A stretch of DNA of 56,062 bases, filler included, from Chthonomonadaceae bacterium (GTDB lineage: Bacteria > Armatimonadota > Chthonomonadetes > Chthonomonadales > Chthonomonadaceae), in NCBI GenBank assembly GCA_035650735.1. It is 3 parts of 3 records of this genome, joined end to end, with 100 filler letters (N's around TTAATTAATTAA, not from the genome) between each part and the next. Parts side by side here need not be neighbours in the genome. Positions count along the whole stretch, not along the records: positions 1 to 19,728 come from DASRGZ010000205.1; 2 more parts are not named here. The stretch is one strand, 5' to 3'. How positions within the stretch are numbered: position 1 is the stretch's first letter; each line of letters opens with the position of its first letter. Made by a program: the position numbers and the translations under genes. This document shows, one piece after another, positions 9,501 to 18,230 of this stretch. The notes beneath the pieces are model-generated. The model was not told the DNA's origin and did not search any database. It saw only the letters and a list, made by a program, of their open reading frames with translations.

Positions 9501-11449
9501 CCGAAGCCGGTGAACCGGCCCTTGAAGAGCGGATTACCGAAGGTGCCGGTCAGTTGGCCGCGCACGTAGCCGACGCCGGCCACCTGGATCGGCTGCTTCG
9601 CCCCCGGCTTGCCGGGCGCAACCTTCTGCAGAAGGCCGGTCAGCGCGCGCAGGTTCAGGTCATCGGCGGCGACCCGGAGGTTGAGACGGCGATTCTTGAG
9701 GTTGACGGTACCGCGCGCCAGCGCAAAGCCCTTGGGGTCATCCAGGCGCAGCGTGCGGATAAGGAGCAGGTCATCGGCGGTGTCCACCTGCGCATAGGCC
9801 GAATCGAGCGTCTGATTGTTCAGCTTTATGTTGCGAACTTGTGCCTGCCCGCTAAGACGGGGCAGGCTGCCGCGCTCTCCCTGCGCCAGCAGGTCCAGGT
9901 TCCCGACCCCGCGCATCGGCCGCTGGAGGGCCAGGCCCAGAGCATCCAACTGCACGTTGCGGCCGTGCGCCTCCACGCGGTAGGCGTTGGGTCGGCGGGT
10001 AGCGACCTGGGCGCGCACCGCCAGATCGCCTTGCGCATAGCGCGCCCGCAGCCCCGCATAGGCGGTGTGGTTGGCGTAGAGGGCGCGCAGGGCCACGTTC
10101 CCAAGCTGATAACGCCCGGACTGCAGGGCGTTGAAATTGGCCGCAAGCGTGGCGGTCAGGTTGTCGAGCGGCCCGGAGACCTGAAACTGCGCGCTGCCGC
10201 GTCCGCTGGCCCGCCGAAGTTGGGAGCGCGCATTGGCTGCCAGATTCGGGAAGCGCCGGTTTACGTCCAAGAGCTGGACAAAGCGGGCAATATCGGCGTT
10301 GGGCAGGGAGCCTTGCAGGGCAAAGGTCGGCTCGGGAAGCGATGCGCCCGACGATTTTGGAATGAGCCAGCGGGAGAGGCCGAAGACGGCGCCGTTGATC
10401 AGCGTGTCCGTTCCGCCGACCAGGCCGCGCAGGTTGCCGGAGACCGTGTCGGTGGTGAAGACGAGGCTGCCCTGGATGCCCTCCAGCGGGATGCCGAGCG
10501 CCGGGATGCGCATGGCGAAGTTCGCTAGCTGCGCCGTGCCATGAAGCTCCATCTGCCGGATATCGAGCTTGCGCCTGGCTTCTCCCGGAGGCGGCAGGTA
10601 GGCGGCGCTGCCGAGGATATCCGCCTGGCCGGAGACGAGGCGGGCCCTGGCGGGCGGCAGCAGATGCGCGGTGAAGTAGGGCAGGTTCACCCGGCGGGCA
10701 TCCACGCGCACATCCAGCCGCAGGGGCTTCATATTGAACATGCCGGTAGCGTGGAAGGTGCCTATCCGCGAGAGCTGGCCGGCGCCGGTGGCGTCGAAAG
10801 CGACGCTTTTGTCCGGGCGGATCTGGACCACGCCGGTGGTGTGGCCGACCTGGAGGACGAACGACTGTCGAGGCACGCCGGGCGGATGCGGGAACGCTTC
10901 GTCATGGAAGTAGACCGTCCCATCCAGGAAGACGATTCTATCCACGAAGGGGCGCGCGGGGCCTTTGCTGGGCTTGATTAGATCTTCAATGTTCCAGCGC
11001 CCTTTGGCGTTACGGGCCAGCGTGCCCGACGGCCGGACCAACTCCATGCCGCTGATAATGGGCACGGCCCTGTCGCTGGAAAGGATCTGTCGGAGGTTAA
11101 AGGTGAGGATGACCTTATCGGCGCTGCCCAGGGTGCCGCTGTTGGACTTGGGGCCGGCGGCCATCCAGACATTGTCAACCTCGACGGAATTGGGCGCTGT
11201 GGGCACCAGCAAGTTCAAGTGCAGCTTGATGCGGCCAATCCGGACCTCCCGCCCCAGCGCCTTGGTCGCCTCTGCCGAAGCCAGGGCCGCCACCTGCGCG
11301 TTGCCGCCCAGAAAATCGAGATCCCGCTGCACGAGCCGATAGGCGCCCACGCTGAGGATGACCAGCGGGACGACCAGTATCAGGAGGTTAAGCAGCAGAC
11401 GCAAATAGCGCATCACGGCATTTCGCGGTTGGTATTGGGTCAGAGTCAT
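6569..11449 (-). CDS. tamB: Translocation/assembly module TamB (AsmA-like, DUF490)
   Basis: About 1630 aa; N-terminal TM; repeated beta-rich GTLxxPxxxG motifs; DUF490-like C-terminus. Confidence 0.88.
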   Translation of the reverse strand: MTLTQYQPRNAVMRYLRLLLNLLILVVPLVILSVGAYRLVQRDLDFLGGNAQVAALASAEATKALGREVRIGRIKLHLNLLVPTAPNSVEVDNVWMAAGPKSNSGTLGSADKVILTFNLRQILSSDRAVPIISGMELVRPSGTLARNAKGRWNIEDLIKPSKGPARPFVDRIVFLDGTVYFHDEAFPHPPGVPRQSFVLQVGHTTGVVQIRPDKSVAFDATGAGQLSRIGTFHATGMFNMKPLRLDVRVDARRVNLPYFTAHLLPPARARLVSGQADILGSAAYLPPPGEARRKLDIRQMELHGTAQLANFAMRIPALGIPLEGIQGSLVFTTDTVSGNLRGLVGGTDTLINGAVFGLSRWLIPKSSGASLPEPTFALQGSLPNADIARFVQLLDVNRRFPNLAANARSQLRRASGRGSAQFQVSGPLDNLTATLAANFNALQSGRYQLGNVALRALYANHTAYAGLRARYAQGDLAVRAQVATRRPNAYRVEAHGRNVQLDALGLALQRPMRGVGNLDLLAQGERGSLPRLSGQAQVRNIKLNNQTLDSAYAQVDTADDLLLIRTLRLDDPKGFALARGTVNLKNRRLNLRVAADDLNLRALTGLLQKVAPGKPGAKQPIQVAGVGYVRGQLTGTFGNPLFKGRFTGFGLQAAKADMDIAEADVDFSKNALIISQATVRRYPGQVRLSGVIAEPLRPNAAINLTASADDLDLSEMLRLAGVDTKKVDLTGTLSADVRVTGTLTAPRIAANDVSLENAVYHNLPLDNATATVEYGPNGLQIPEVSVQVAGGTVRASGRMSKDKRLALDFSATGLQLNTLEAALGAAGVPQVTGTLAVNGTAQGTLQNPTVSVTADTQNLALNTVSLGELHAALTYADKQVRSHDISLGNAQNPAATGGSITVSRLVYDTQSDDLEAAISLNEIASQKLRTLVAGSVDPNTDTGKAVLNALSRIPASVNGVLSGGVTASGTLKEAIVDVAWNAHGLAENASTVFTGSARLTKTEAIIPSPHTPRQIAHIESGETYIDIPNVRIEYKGNIAGELNAYNLDLAGLQRWVRPDLANPVGGTGDLFIVASGETKSPVLDVSINLRDLTYAGQKLDRLDVAHATIREGQITADNITLTKRETVNGQTIAYTGTARGSVGFSWKQPGIPEDAPLDFEADINKQPLQLLSAFAPGLLRDSTGTISATARATGTLADPRLTGSVSLVAPKVRVDGVATGLRDVDAVFAFRGDRIVAERFTARSQVYEPRTGIPDPKLTGEPITLTGSLPITAQQAQTSGAEMHLTTSRIAFAESPLPGLTSGGARGTADLDIHIAGSVLEPSISGVIAVPEAQASLPRDFGNVQGGKFALPINPRFDLRVQIGQNVRLVNPQLNARASGNVVLTGELSSPHIAGTLTIHEGRLVLPTARFTILPPGTLRLNYPSYPVGGFGQPALAIDVDIRAQTYLTAASMSGVRRRYRVIVAARGPITGDVVDPITGQPRLALNFTTDPPDLAATQQELAQRIAGSLGGDIFTQLGRNPEQAIAAQLANVFTQSVLPGLFEPLAGRLGFEEFAFNYDPVQRLSFTVTRHLFGPLYATYIRFLNPVEESYDLKFSLRFQDRYQLSYTFNDQNTQEVLLEGIWHY

Positions 11450-11556
11450 TGAGCACTCGACGCCGGGCAATAAATTACCCGTCTGTTGGGCCTGCAGCCA
11501 GGCGTCCGCGAGGACGCCAAAAACGCAAAAGCGCCGAGAACGCAAGGACCCTGGTA

Positions 11557-12447
11557 TCAGGCGTGGCCGACGCGGGCCAGCCGGTCGGCCAGCAGCTTTT
11601 CGGAGAAAGCCTGCGCGTTGTAGGAGGAGCGCACGAACGGCCCGGAAGCGACGAAGGCAAAGCCCATCTCCTCTCCGATCCGCTCGTACTCCCGGAAGCG
11701 ATCCGGATGGACATACTCCACGACGGACAGATGCCTTGTTGTCGTAGGACGCAGATACTGCCCAATCGTGACGGCGCTGACGCCGACCTCCCGCAAATCG
11801 CGCAGGGTTTGAATGACTTCCTCGTGCGTCTCGCCCAGGCCAAGCATGATGCCGGACTTGGTGTGGATGGTCGGGTCCATGTTCTTGACGGCCTGCAAGA
11901 CATCGAGCGTGCGGCGATACTTGGCTTGCGGGCGCACGATAGGCGAGAGGCGCTCCACGGTCTCGATGTTGTGGTTATAGATGTCGGGATGCGCCTCCAC
12001 AACGCGACGGATGCACCAGCGCTTACCTTTGAAGTCCGGGGTCAATACCTCGACGATGACGCCGGGGATCGTCTCGCGCAGCGCATGGATGGTCTCCGCA
12101 AACTGCGTGGAGCCCTCATCTGGCAACTCATCGCGCGCCACCGAGGTGACGACGACGTGCTTGAGGCCCATCGCCCTGGCGGTCTCGGCCACGCGGCGGG
12201 GCTCATCCGCGTCTACCTCCAGCGGCTTGCCGACCTTGATGGCGCAGAAACCGCAGTTGCGGGTGCAGATGTCGCCCAGGATCATAAACGTGGCGGTCTT
12301 TTTGGACCAGCACTCGCCCAGGTTCGGGCAGCGGGCGCTCTCGCAGACGGTATGCAGCTTGGCGTCCCGCAGCATCCCTTCTACCATCTCGACGGTCTGG
12401 GGGCTGGGAACGCGCTTGGTTAGCCACTGAGGAAGGCGTGAATTCAC
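11557..12447 (-). CDS. lipA: Lipoyl synthase
   Basis: CESARCPNLGEC, CTRNCGFC radical SAM motif, GPFVRSSY. Confidence 0.97.
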   Translation of the reverse strand: MNSRLPQWLTKRVPSPQTVEMVEGMLRDAKLHTVCESARCPNLGECWSKKTATFMILGDICTRNCGFCAIKVGKPLEVDADEPRRVAETARAMGLKHVVVTSVARDELPDEGSTQFAETIHALRETIPGVIVEVLTPDFKGKRWCIRRVVEAHPDIYNHNIETVERLSPIVRPQAKYRRTLDVLQAVKNMDPTIHTKSGIMLGLGETHEEVIQTLRDLREVGVSAVTIGQYLRPTTTRHLSVVEYVHPDRFREYERIGEEMGFAFVASGPFVRSSYNAQAFSEKLLADRLARVGHA

Positions 12448-12512
12448 GGTGAAATGTTCCTTAAATTTGTTTGCCAGGCAGTCTTACTATCCGGCATTTT
12501 ACCCTTACGGTA

Positions 12513-12542
12513 AGTGTATCTCCAGGCGGGTAAAAATGTCAA
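12513..12542 (-). promoter_or_regulatory. Putative sigma70 promoter for lipA
   Basis: TTGACA-N18-TACACT on the minus strand. Confidence 0.5.
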
Positions 12543-12567
12543 GTTGGAGCCGCCTGCCGATGGCAGC

Positions 12568-12716
12568 CCACCCGTAAACGAGTGGCTGCGGACGGCAACC
12601 CCGCTCAAGCGGGCTACCAGGGGTTGGATGCCTTTACCCTTGAGTGGAACCGCTCCACCTGGCGCAGCCCCGTTCACGGGGCTTGCCGTCGGCAGCCCGG
12701 GCCTTTAGGGCCGGGC
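12568..12716. repeat. REP doublet (REPIN-like), copy 1
   Basis: Four short hairpins arranged as an inverted pair; same architecture at 33206-33350. Confidence 0.75.
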
Positions 12717-12767
12717 GCAGCCTTCTTGACATAAGCGAGTCGCAGAGAGATACATTTTTCGCTCTCC

Positions 12768-12796
12768 TTGACGAATGAGTTACCTGAGGGTATAAT
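12768..12796 (+). promoter_or_regulatory. Sigma70 promoter upstream of accB-hom
   Basis: TTGACG-N17-TATAAT. Confidence 0.7.
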
Positions 12797-12989
12797 CCGG
12801 TCACCTATGAGGGTTGGACGTCCCGGCGGCAGCCCTCTCTTTTTAGCGAAATCGCTACCAATTCTCTCCCGTCCGTCGCGGCTTCTGCCAATAATGCAGG
12901 ATGGTGCGGGCGCGGGAGTTCACCGGCACGGCGTCTGGCCCCTCAGGGCAGCGCCAATCCCTCTTGCAGGATAAGGGTGGTACGCCCGC

Positions 12990-13529
12990 ATGGCGATATT
13001 GGGCTTTGACGAGGACGAGATCGCGCGTCTGCTGGCGCTGCTGGAAGCAGAGCAGTGGGACGAGTTGGAATTGGAGGAGGAAGGACGCTTACTGCGCCTT
13101 CTCGGCCCATATCCGGAGCCTCCGGCGGTTCCTACCGCGCCGCCTGCGGATACGCTGGCGCTGCCGACTGCTGGCGTGCCGGAAGTCCCTCCACCGGACA
13201 GGGGCCGACGGCCTAAGAGGCTGCCTGCCGCAAAAAATCTGGCGGCCCCGAAAGTAGCCGAAAAGCCCGCTGCGCCTCCAGCCAATCAGATTGCGCTCGT
13301 CGCGCCGATGGTCGGTATATTCTACCGGGCGGATAAGCCTGGCGCGCCGCCGTTTATCTCGGTGGGCGACCATATCTCCGTAGGGCAGACCGTCGGCGTT
13401 ATCGAGGCCATGAAGATTTTCTCCGAGATACCCGCTGAGCACGCGGGCATCGTCGTCGCCATCCCCGCCAAAGACGGACAACTGGTACAGACCGGCGAGC
13501 CGCTGATCCTCTTGCAGAAGCTGGAGTAG
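12990..13529 (+). CDS. accB: Acetyl-CoA carboxylase biotin carboxyl carrier protein
   Basis: APMVGIFYRA, IEAMKIFSEI biotinylation motif, Pro/Ala linker. Confidence 0.93.
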   Translation: MAILGFDEDEIARLLALLEAEQWDELELEEEGRLLRLLGPYPEPPAVPTAPPADTLALPTAGVPEVPPPDRGRRPKRLPAAKNLAAPKVAEKPAAPPANQIALVAPMVGIFYRADKPGAPPFISVGDHISVGQTVGVIEAMKIFSEIPAEHAGIVVAIPAKDGQLVQTGEPLILLQKLE

Positions 13530-13566
13530 ACGGCGCCGGTCTCCTTCAGAGAGGCATGAGCGAAAA

Positions 13567-14883
13567 ATGAGCTATTATCCGAGCAAGCCGTGGGATAAAG
13601 ACCGCATCGAGATCGGCATCCTGGGCCTGGGCGTCGTCGGCTCCGGGACGGTGGAGTTGTTGCAGCGCAACCGCGCCGAGATTGAGCGCAAGATCGGCCT
13701 GCCCCTCCATATCAAGCGGATCGCCGTGCGCGACCTCCACAAGAAGCGGACCGTGGCCGTGGACCGGGAAATCCTCACCACCAACGCCTGTGAAATCCTG
13801 GACGATCCCGATATAGACATCGTCTGCGAGTTGATCGGCGGGGTGGACCCGGCCAAAGAGTTCGTGCTGCGCGCCCTCAAGAACGGCAAGCAGGTCGTCA
13901 CGGCCAACAAGGAGATGATCGCCAAAGAGGGCCACGAACTGATGGAAGAGGCGGCGCGCCGCCGCCTGGACTTCCAGTTCGAGGGAAGCGTGGCCGGCGG
14001 CATCCCCATCATCCAACCGATGAAGAACGCGCTGTCCGGCAACCGCGTGCAGGAGGTGCTGGGCATCATCAATGGCACGACTAACTATATCCTGACCAAG
14101 ATGACCCAGGAGCGCGCCGACTTCCATACGGTGCTGAAGGAGGCGCAGGCTCACGGCTACGCGGAGGCCGACCCGACCAGCGACATTGAAGGCTACGACG
14201 CCCAGTACAAGATCGCCATCCTGGCTTCCATCGCCTTTACCAGTCGCGTGCATGTCTCGGATGTCTACGTGGAGGGCATCACCCGGATCGCGGCGGAGGA
14301 TATCGAGTACGCCGATGAATTGGGCTACATCATCAAGCTGGTTGGGGTCGCCAAGCGCGTCGGCCATGACCGGATGCAGGTGCGCGTACACCCGGCGCTG
14401 CTGCCCAAATCGCACCCGCTGGCGGCCACCAACGATGTCTATAACGCCGTGCTGGTAAAGGGCGACTCGGTAGGCGACGTGATGTTCTACGGGCGCGGCG
14501 CGGGCAGCGGCCCGACCGGCAGCGCCGTCGTGGGCGACATCATGGACGTGTGCCGCAACCTGCGTTCCGGCTCTACGGGCCGCGTCGCCTGCACCTGCTT
14601 CGAGCAGAAGGTCATGCAGCCTATCGAGGAGGTGGAGACGCCCCACTATATCCGCATGGTCGTTGAGGACAAGCCGCGCGTGCTGGCCGCCATCTCCAGC
14701 GTGTTTGGGGACTGCGACATCAATATCGAGGCGATGATCCAGAAGGCCACGCGCGGCGAGCACACCGACATCATCTGGCTGATGCACGAGACGCCGGGCC
14801 GCAGCATCGCCCGCGCTCTGGAGATCATCGCCCGCCTGCCGGTCGTCGTCTCCATTTCCAACTGGCTGCGCGTCGAGGAATAA
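13567..14883 (+). CDS. hom: Homoserine dehydrogenase with C-terminal ACT domain
   Basis: GLGVVGSG, VVTANK, EGSVAGGIP, GIINGTTNYIL, GYAEADPT. Confidence 0.96.
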   Translation: MSYYPSKPWDKDRIEIGILGLGVVGSGTVELLQRNRAEIERKIGLPLHIKRIAVRDLHKKRTVAVDREILTTNACEILDDPDIDIVCELIGGVDPAKEFVLRALKNGKQVVTANKEMIAKEGHELMEEAARRRLDFQFEGSVAGGIPIIQPMKNALSGNRVQEVLGIINGTTNYILTKMTQERADFHTVLKEAQAHGYAEADPTSDIEGYDAQYKIAILASIAFTSRVHVSDVYVEGITRIAAEDIEYADELGYIIKLVGVAKRVGHDRMQVRVHPALLPKSHPLAATNDVYNAVLVKGDSVGDVMFYGRGAGSGPTGSAVVGDIMDVCRNLRSGSTGRVACTCFEQKVMQPIEEVETPHYIRMVVEDKPRVLAAISSVFGDCDINIEAMIQKATRGEHTDIIWLMHETPGRSIARALEIIARLPVVVSISNWLRVEE

Positions 14884-14898
14884 GCCCTCATCCAACCG

Positions 14899-14940
14899 CC
14901 CTCACCCCCGACCCCTCTCCCGGCGCTGCGGGAGAGGGGA
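14899..14940. repeat. Single REP-like hairpin
   Basis: CCCTCACCCCCGACCCCTCTCCC...GGGAGAGGGGA; related singles at about 18168-18225, 26900-26942, 46996-47040 and 53105-53175. Confidence 0.75.
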
Positions 14941-15105
14941 GCCAGCCCTTACTCCCTGGTTCCTCGGTTCTCCTTTCTCCTCGCAAGCTGCATCGGCAGT
15001 GACCGATTTCACAGGGAAAATGTGATGTGAGGGCTTGCCAAGCCTGATTGATTGCGTTAAAATGGGGCGCTGTCACACCGCACGTTGCAAGGAGCGCCTC
15101 TGGTT

Positions 15106-15615
15106 ATGGCCCTGGATACTCTGGCACCCTCTCCCTCCTCTGCCTTCTATTTCGTCGGAGGCAACCTTCCGTTTGATGCTGCCTGCTACGTCACGCGCAA
15201 GGCCGATGACGAGTTATTGCAGGGACTGCTAGCCGGCCAGTTCTGCTATGTCTTAACTTCACGGCAGATGGGCAAGTCCTCCTTGATGGTCCGTACCTCC
15301 GTGCGTCTGCGGCAAGAAGGGGTTGCCGTCGCCGTCCTCGACCTGACCGCCGTGGGACTCAACGTCTCGCCGGAGCAGTGGTATCTAACATTGCTGGGCT
15401 TGGTAGGCCAGCAGTTAGACCTGGAGGACGAGCTAGAGGACTACTGGTTCGACCATGAGGCGGTCGGACCGATGCGTCGGTTCTTCCGGGCGTTGGAGGA
15501 AGTGGTGCTGGAGCAGGTGGAGCGGCTGGTAGTGTTCGTGGATGAAGTGGACGCCGTCCGCTCTCTGGCTTTCTCCGCTTTCTCTCGAAATAGAGGAGTT
15601 TTTCTTCGGGAATAA
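15106..15615 (+). pseudogene. Truncated AAA_35-type P-loop NTPase
   Basis: [10 protein letters not shown], Walker [11 protein letters not shown], Walker B VVFVDEVD; the ORF ends about 20 codons after Walker B in more AT-rich sequence. Confidence 0.75.
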
Positions 15616-15814
15616 TCAGGCGACCTTCGTACCTTATTGCGGCTAATTTCGGCCTGCCCATTAACAACCGCAGATTTTTTTCAGGAGCGCGTGGGGAAGG
15701 AACCGGCGCAAAGCAAACCGAATCCTGCATTCACCGCATGGTAGGCGTGGCTGCGTCTACCGTTTTTGTTGCCATGCCTTGCGCGCGAAGGAAGACAGAG
15801 AAAGGAGCGGGGAG

Positions 15815-16495
15815 GTGGAGAAACCGCGTGTGCTGCTCTCCTGGAGCAGCGGGAAGGACTCGGCGTGGGCGCTGCATCTGCTGCGGCAGGCGGGCGAGGT
15901 CGAAGTCGTCGGGCTGCTGACCACGATCAACGAGGCGTTCGACCGGGTGGCGATGCACGCCGTCCGGCGTACCTTGCTGGAGGCGCAGGCGCGCGCCGTC
16001 GGGCTGCCGCTCCTGGCCGTGCCCATCCCCTGGCCCTGCTCCAACGAACAGTACGAGGCGGCCATGCAAAGGGCGCTCGATAGGGCGCGCGTGGAACTGG
16101 ACATCACCCACGTCGCGTTCGGCGACCTGTTTCTCCAGGAAATTCGCCGCTACCGCGAGGAGAAGCTGGCGGGAACCGGCCTGACACCCCTGTTTCCGCT
16201 CTGGGAACTCCCGACGGACTCCCTGGCCCGGCAGATGGTGGAGGGCGGGCTGCGCGCCTACCTCACCTGCGTGGACCCGCGCCACCTGCCCGCCTCTTTT
16301 GCCGGGCGGGAGTTCAACGCGGCGCTGCTGGCCGATCTGCCCGCCGAAGTTGACCCCTGCGGCGAGAACGGCGAGTTTCACACCTTTGCCTATACTGGCC
16401 CGATGTTCTCCCAGCCGGTCGCCGTGACCGCCGGCGAAGTGGTCACGCGCGAGGGCTTCGTCTTCGCCGACCTCTGCCCTATCTCTCCTTCCTGA
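15815..16495 (+). CDS. PP-loop ATPase, Dph6/MJ0570-related (adenine nucleotide alpha hydrolase)
   Basis: SWSSGKDS, FGDLFL, DPCGENGEFHT. Confidence 0.9.
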   Translation: MEKPRVLLSWSSGKDSAWALHLLRQAGEVEVVGLLTTINEAFDRVAMHAVRRTLLEAQARAVGLPLLAVPIPWPCSNEQYEAAMQRALDRARVELDITHVAFGDLFLQEIRRYREEKLAGTGLTPLFPLWELPTDSLARQMVEGGLRAYLTCVDPRHLPASFAGREFNAALLADLPAEVDPCGENGEFHTFAYTGPMFSQPVAVTAGEVVTREGFVFADLCPISPS

Positions 16496-16549
16496 ACGCC
16501 GAATGGGGAATCGGCTTCGGGGTACAATGGAATGGGGAGGAGAACGACG

Positions 16550-16954
16550 ATGAGTAAGATGCTGGAATTGCCCGATGACATATACGAGGATGTTCTGGAA
16601 GCAGCCAAGAACGAGGGCAAAACCCCCGCCGAGTGGATCGCGACGCGCCTTCCGCCGCTTGTGGACAGCAACGGCGCACTCCGGCGCGTGCCCTATCCCA
16701 TCTACAAGCAGATGGAGCGGCTGGCCCCCAGGCTAGGCAAAACGGTGGATCAGCTTGCGGCGGAATTCTTGCAGCGATTCCGCGGTTCCAAGCTGCCTCC
16801 TGACGTGTCCGAGGAAGAATGGGAGGCCGCAAGAGCACGCCTGTGCCGACATGCGGGAGCGGTAAGCCTGGGATATCCAACCGGCGCGGATAATGAGAAC
16901 ATAGACGCCGATCTCGCGCGTGAGTACGGCAGCACGCATGAGGAGGAGGCATGA
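16550..16954 (+). CDS. Putative antitoxin-like protein (orphan)
   Basis: RHH-like N-terminus (LELPDDIYEDVLEAAKNEGKTPAEWI) and acidic tail PTGADNENIDADLAREY, which I recall from genes upstream of PIN toxins; TACAAT and SD GGAGG upstream. Confidence 0.55.
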   Translation: MSKMLELPDDIYEDVLEAAKNEGKTPAEWIATRLPPLVDSNGALRRVPYPIYKQMERLAPRLGKTVDQLAAEFLQRFRGSKLPPDVSEEEWEAARARLCRHAGAVSLGYPTGADNENIDADLAREYGSTHEEEA

Positions 16955-16976
16955 TATTCCTCACGAGGGGACGAAC

Positions 16977-18140
16977 ATGAAGATTAAAGAGATACGCTGC
17001 GTGCAGGTCACGATGCCGGAGACAGGCGCAAAGACGACGCCGACGCGCCCGCCCTGGTCACAGGACGCCGAGGTCGCAAATCCGATGTCACACTTCCCAC
17101 GCTACAAGCGGCACCGCTCCTCGTGGATGCCGGACCGATGGCATAGCGTCTGGGTGCAGGTCATCGCCGAAGATGGAACGTGGGGATTGGGCCTGACCTC
17201 CTTTGGCCGTCCCGTGCAGGCGATTATCGAAGACCACTTTGCGCCCCGGCTCGTCGGCGAGGACTGCCTGGCTATCGAGAAGTGCTGGGACATGATGTGC
17301 CGCCTGAGCAAGCCCTACGGCACAGTCGGGCTGGCGTCGTCGGCTATCAGCGGCGTGGATCTGGCGCTCTGGGATCTGGCGGGCAAGCTCCAGCAAAAGC
17401 CGGTCTATACGCTGCTGGGCGGCCCGGTGCGCGACCGCATTTTTGCCTACGCCACCGGCAACGACGTGGATTGGCAAAAGGAGATCGGTTTTCGCGCTGT
17501 CAAACTCGCCTGCCCCTACGGCCCGGCGGACGGGCTGTGGGGCCTGGATGCCAACGAGCAGTTGGTCGCGCAGGCCCGTGAAACGGTCGGCGATGAGATA
17601 GAGATCATGCTGGACTGCTACATGGCCTTCGATGTGGAGTATACGGCACGGCTTGCCGAGCGCCTGCGCCCCTACAAGCTTAAGTGGATCGAGGAGTATC
17701 TGATTCCTGAAGATCTGGAGGGCCATGTTGCCGTGCGGCAGCGCCTCCCCTGGCAAACGCTGGCGACCGGCGAGCACATGTATACCCCGTACCCGTTCGC
17801 CTTCCTCGCCCAGCACCACGCCGTAGACATCCTTCAGCCGGACATCCACTGGGTTGGCGGGCTGACGGCCTGCCGCAAGATATGCGCGCTGGCGGAGGCA
17901 GCAGGCCTGACTGTCATCCTGCACGGCGGCGGCCTCTCCCAATACGGTCTGCACCTGACGGCGGCCATGCCCAGCACGCCGTGGGCCGAGTACTGGGGAC
18001 CGTCCCCCGGCGTCCCCCCGCAGGATGTGGTAACGCCCTGGGGGCCTGCGGTCGTCCAGGAGAGCTATCTCTTTCCTACGCCCGGCGACGGGTTCGGCCT
18101 GCAGATTGAGGAGGACTGGATCACGCCCCTTGCCGCATAG
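16977..18140 (+). CDS. Mandelate racemase/enolase-family acid-sugar dehydratase (L-rhamnonate dehydratase-like)
   Basis: EVANPMS, AISGVDLALWDL, MLDCYM, WIEE, TGEH, ILQPD. Confidence 0.85.
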   Translation: MKIKEIRCVQVTMPETGAKTTPTRPPWSQDAEVANPMSHFPRYKRHRSSWMPDRWHSVWVQVIAEDGTWGLGLTSFGRPVQAIIEDHFAPRLVGEDCLAIEKCWDMMCRLSKPYGTVGLASSAISGVDLALWDLAGKLQQKPVYTLLGGPVRDRIFAYATGNDVDWQKEIGFRAVKLACPYGPADGLWGLDANEQLVAQARETVGDEIEIMLDCYMAFDVEYTARLAERLRPYKLKWIEEYLIPEDLEGHVAVRQRLPWQTLATGEHMYTPYPFAFLAQHHAVDILQPDIHWVGGLTACRKICALAEAAGLTVILHGGGLSQYGLHLTAAMPSTPWAEYWGPSPGVPPQDVVTPWGPAVVQESYLFPTPGDGFGLQIEEDWITPLAA

Positions 18141-18230
18141 CTCCGCCGCCGCTCTCCTCTCAGCAGGCCTCACCCCCGGCCCCTCTCCTTGGTAAGGAGA
18201 GGGGTGGCCGCAGGTCGGGGTGAGGTCTCC

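Noticed and set aside
8132..10528. 798-aa plus-strand ORF and other long antisense ORFs (e.g. 13546-14895, 45577-46977, 53765-55015)
   Set aside because: Shadows of well-supported opposite-strand genes in GC-rich DNA; no recognisable motifs
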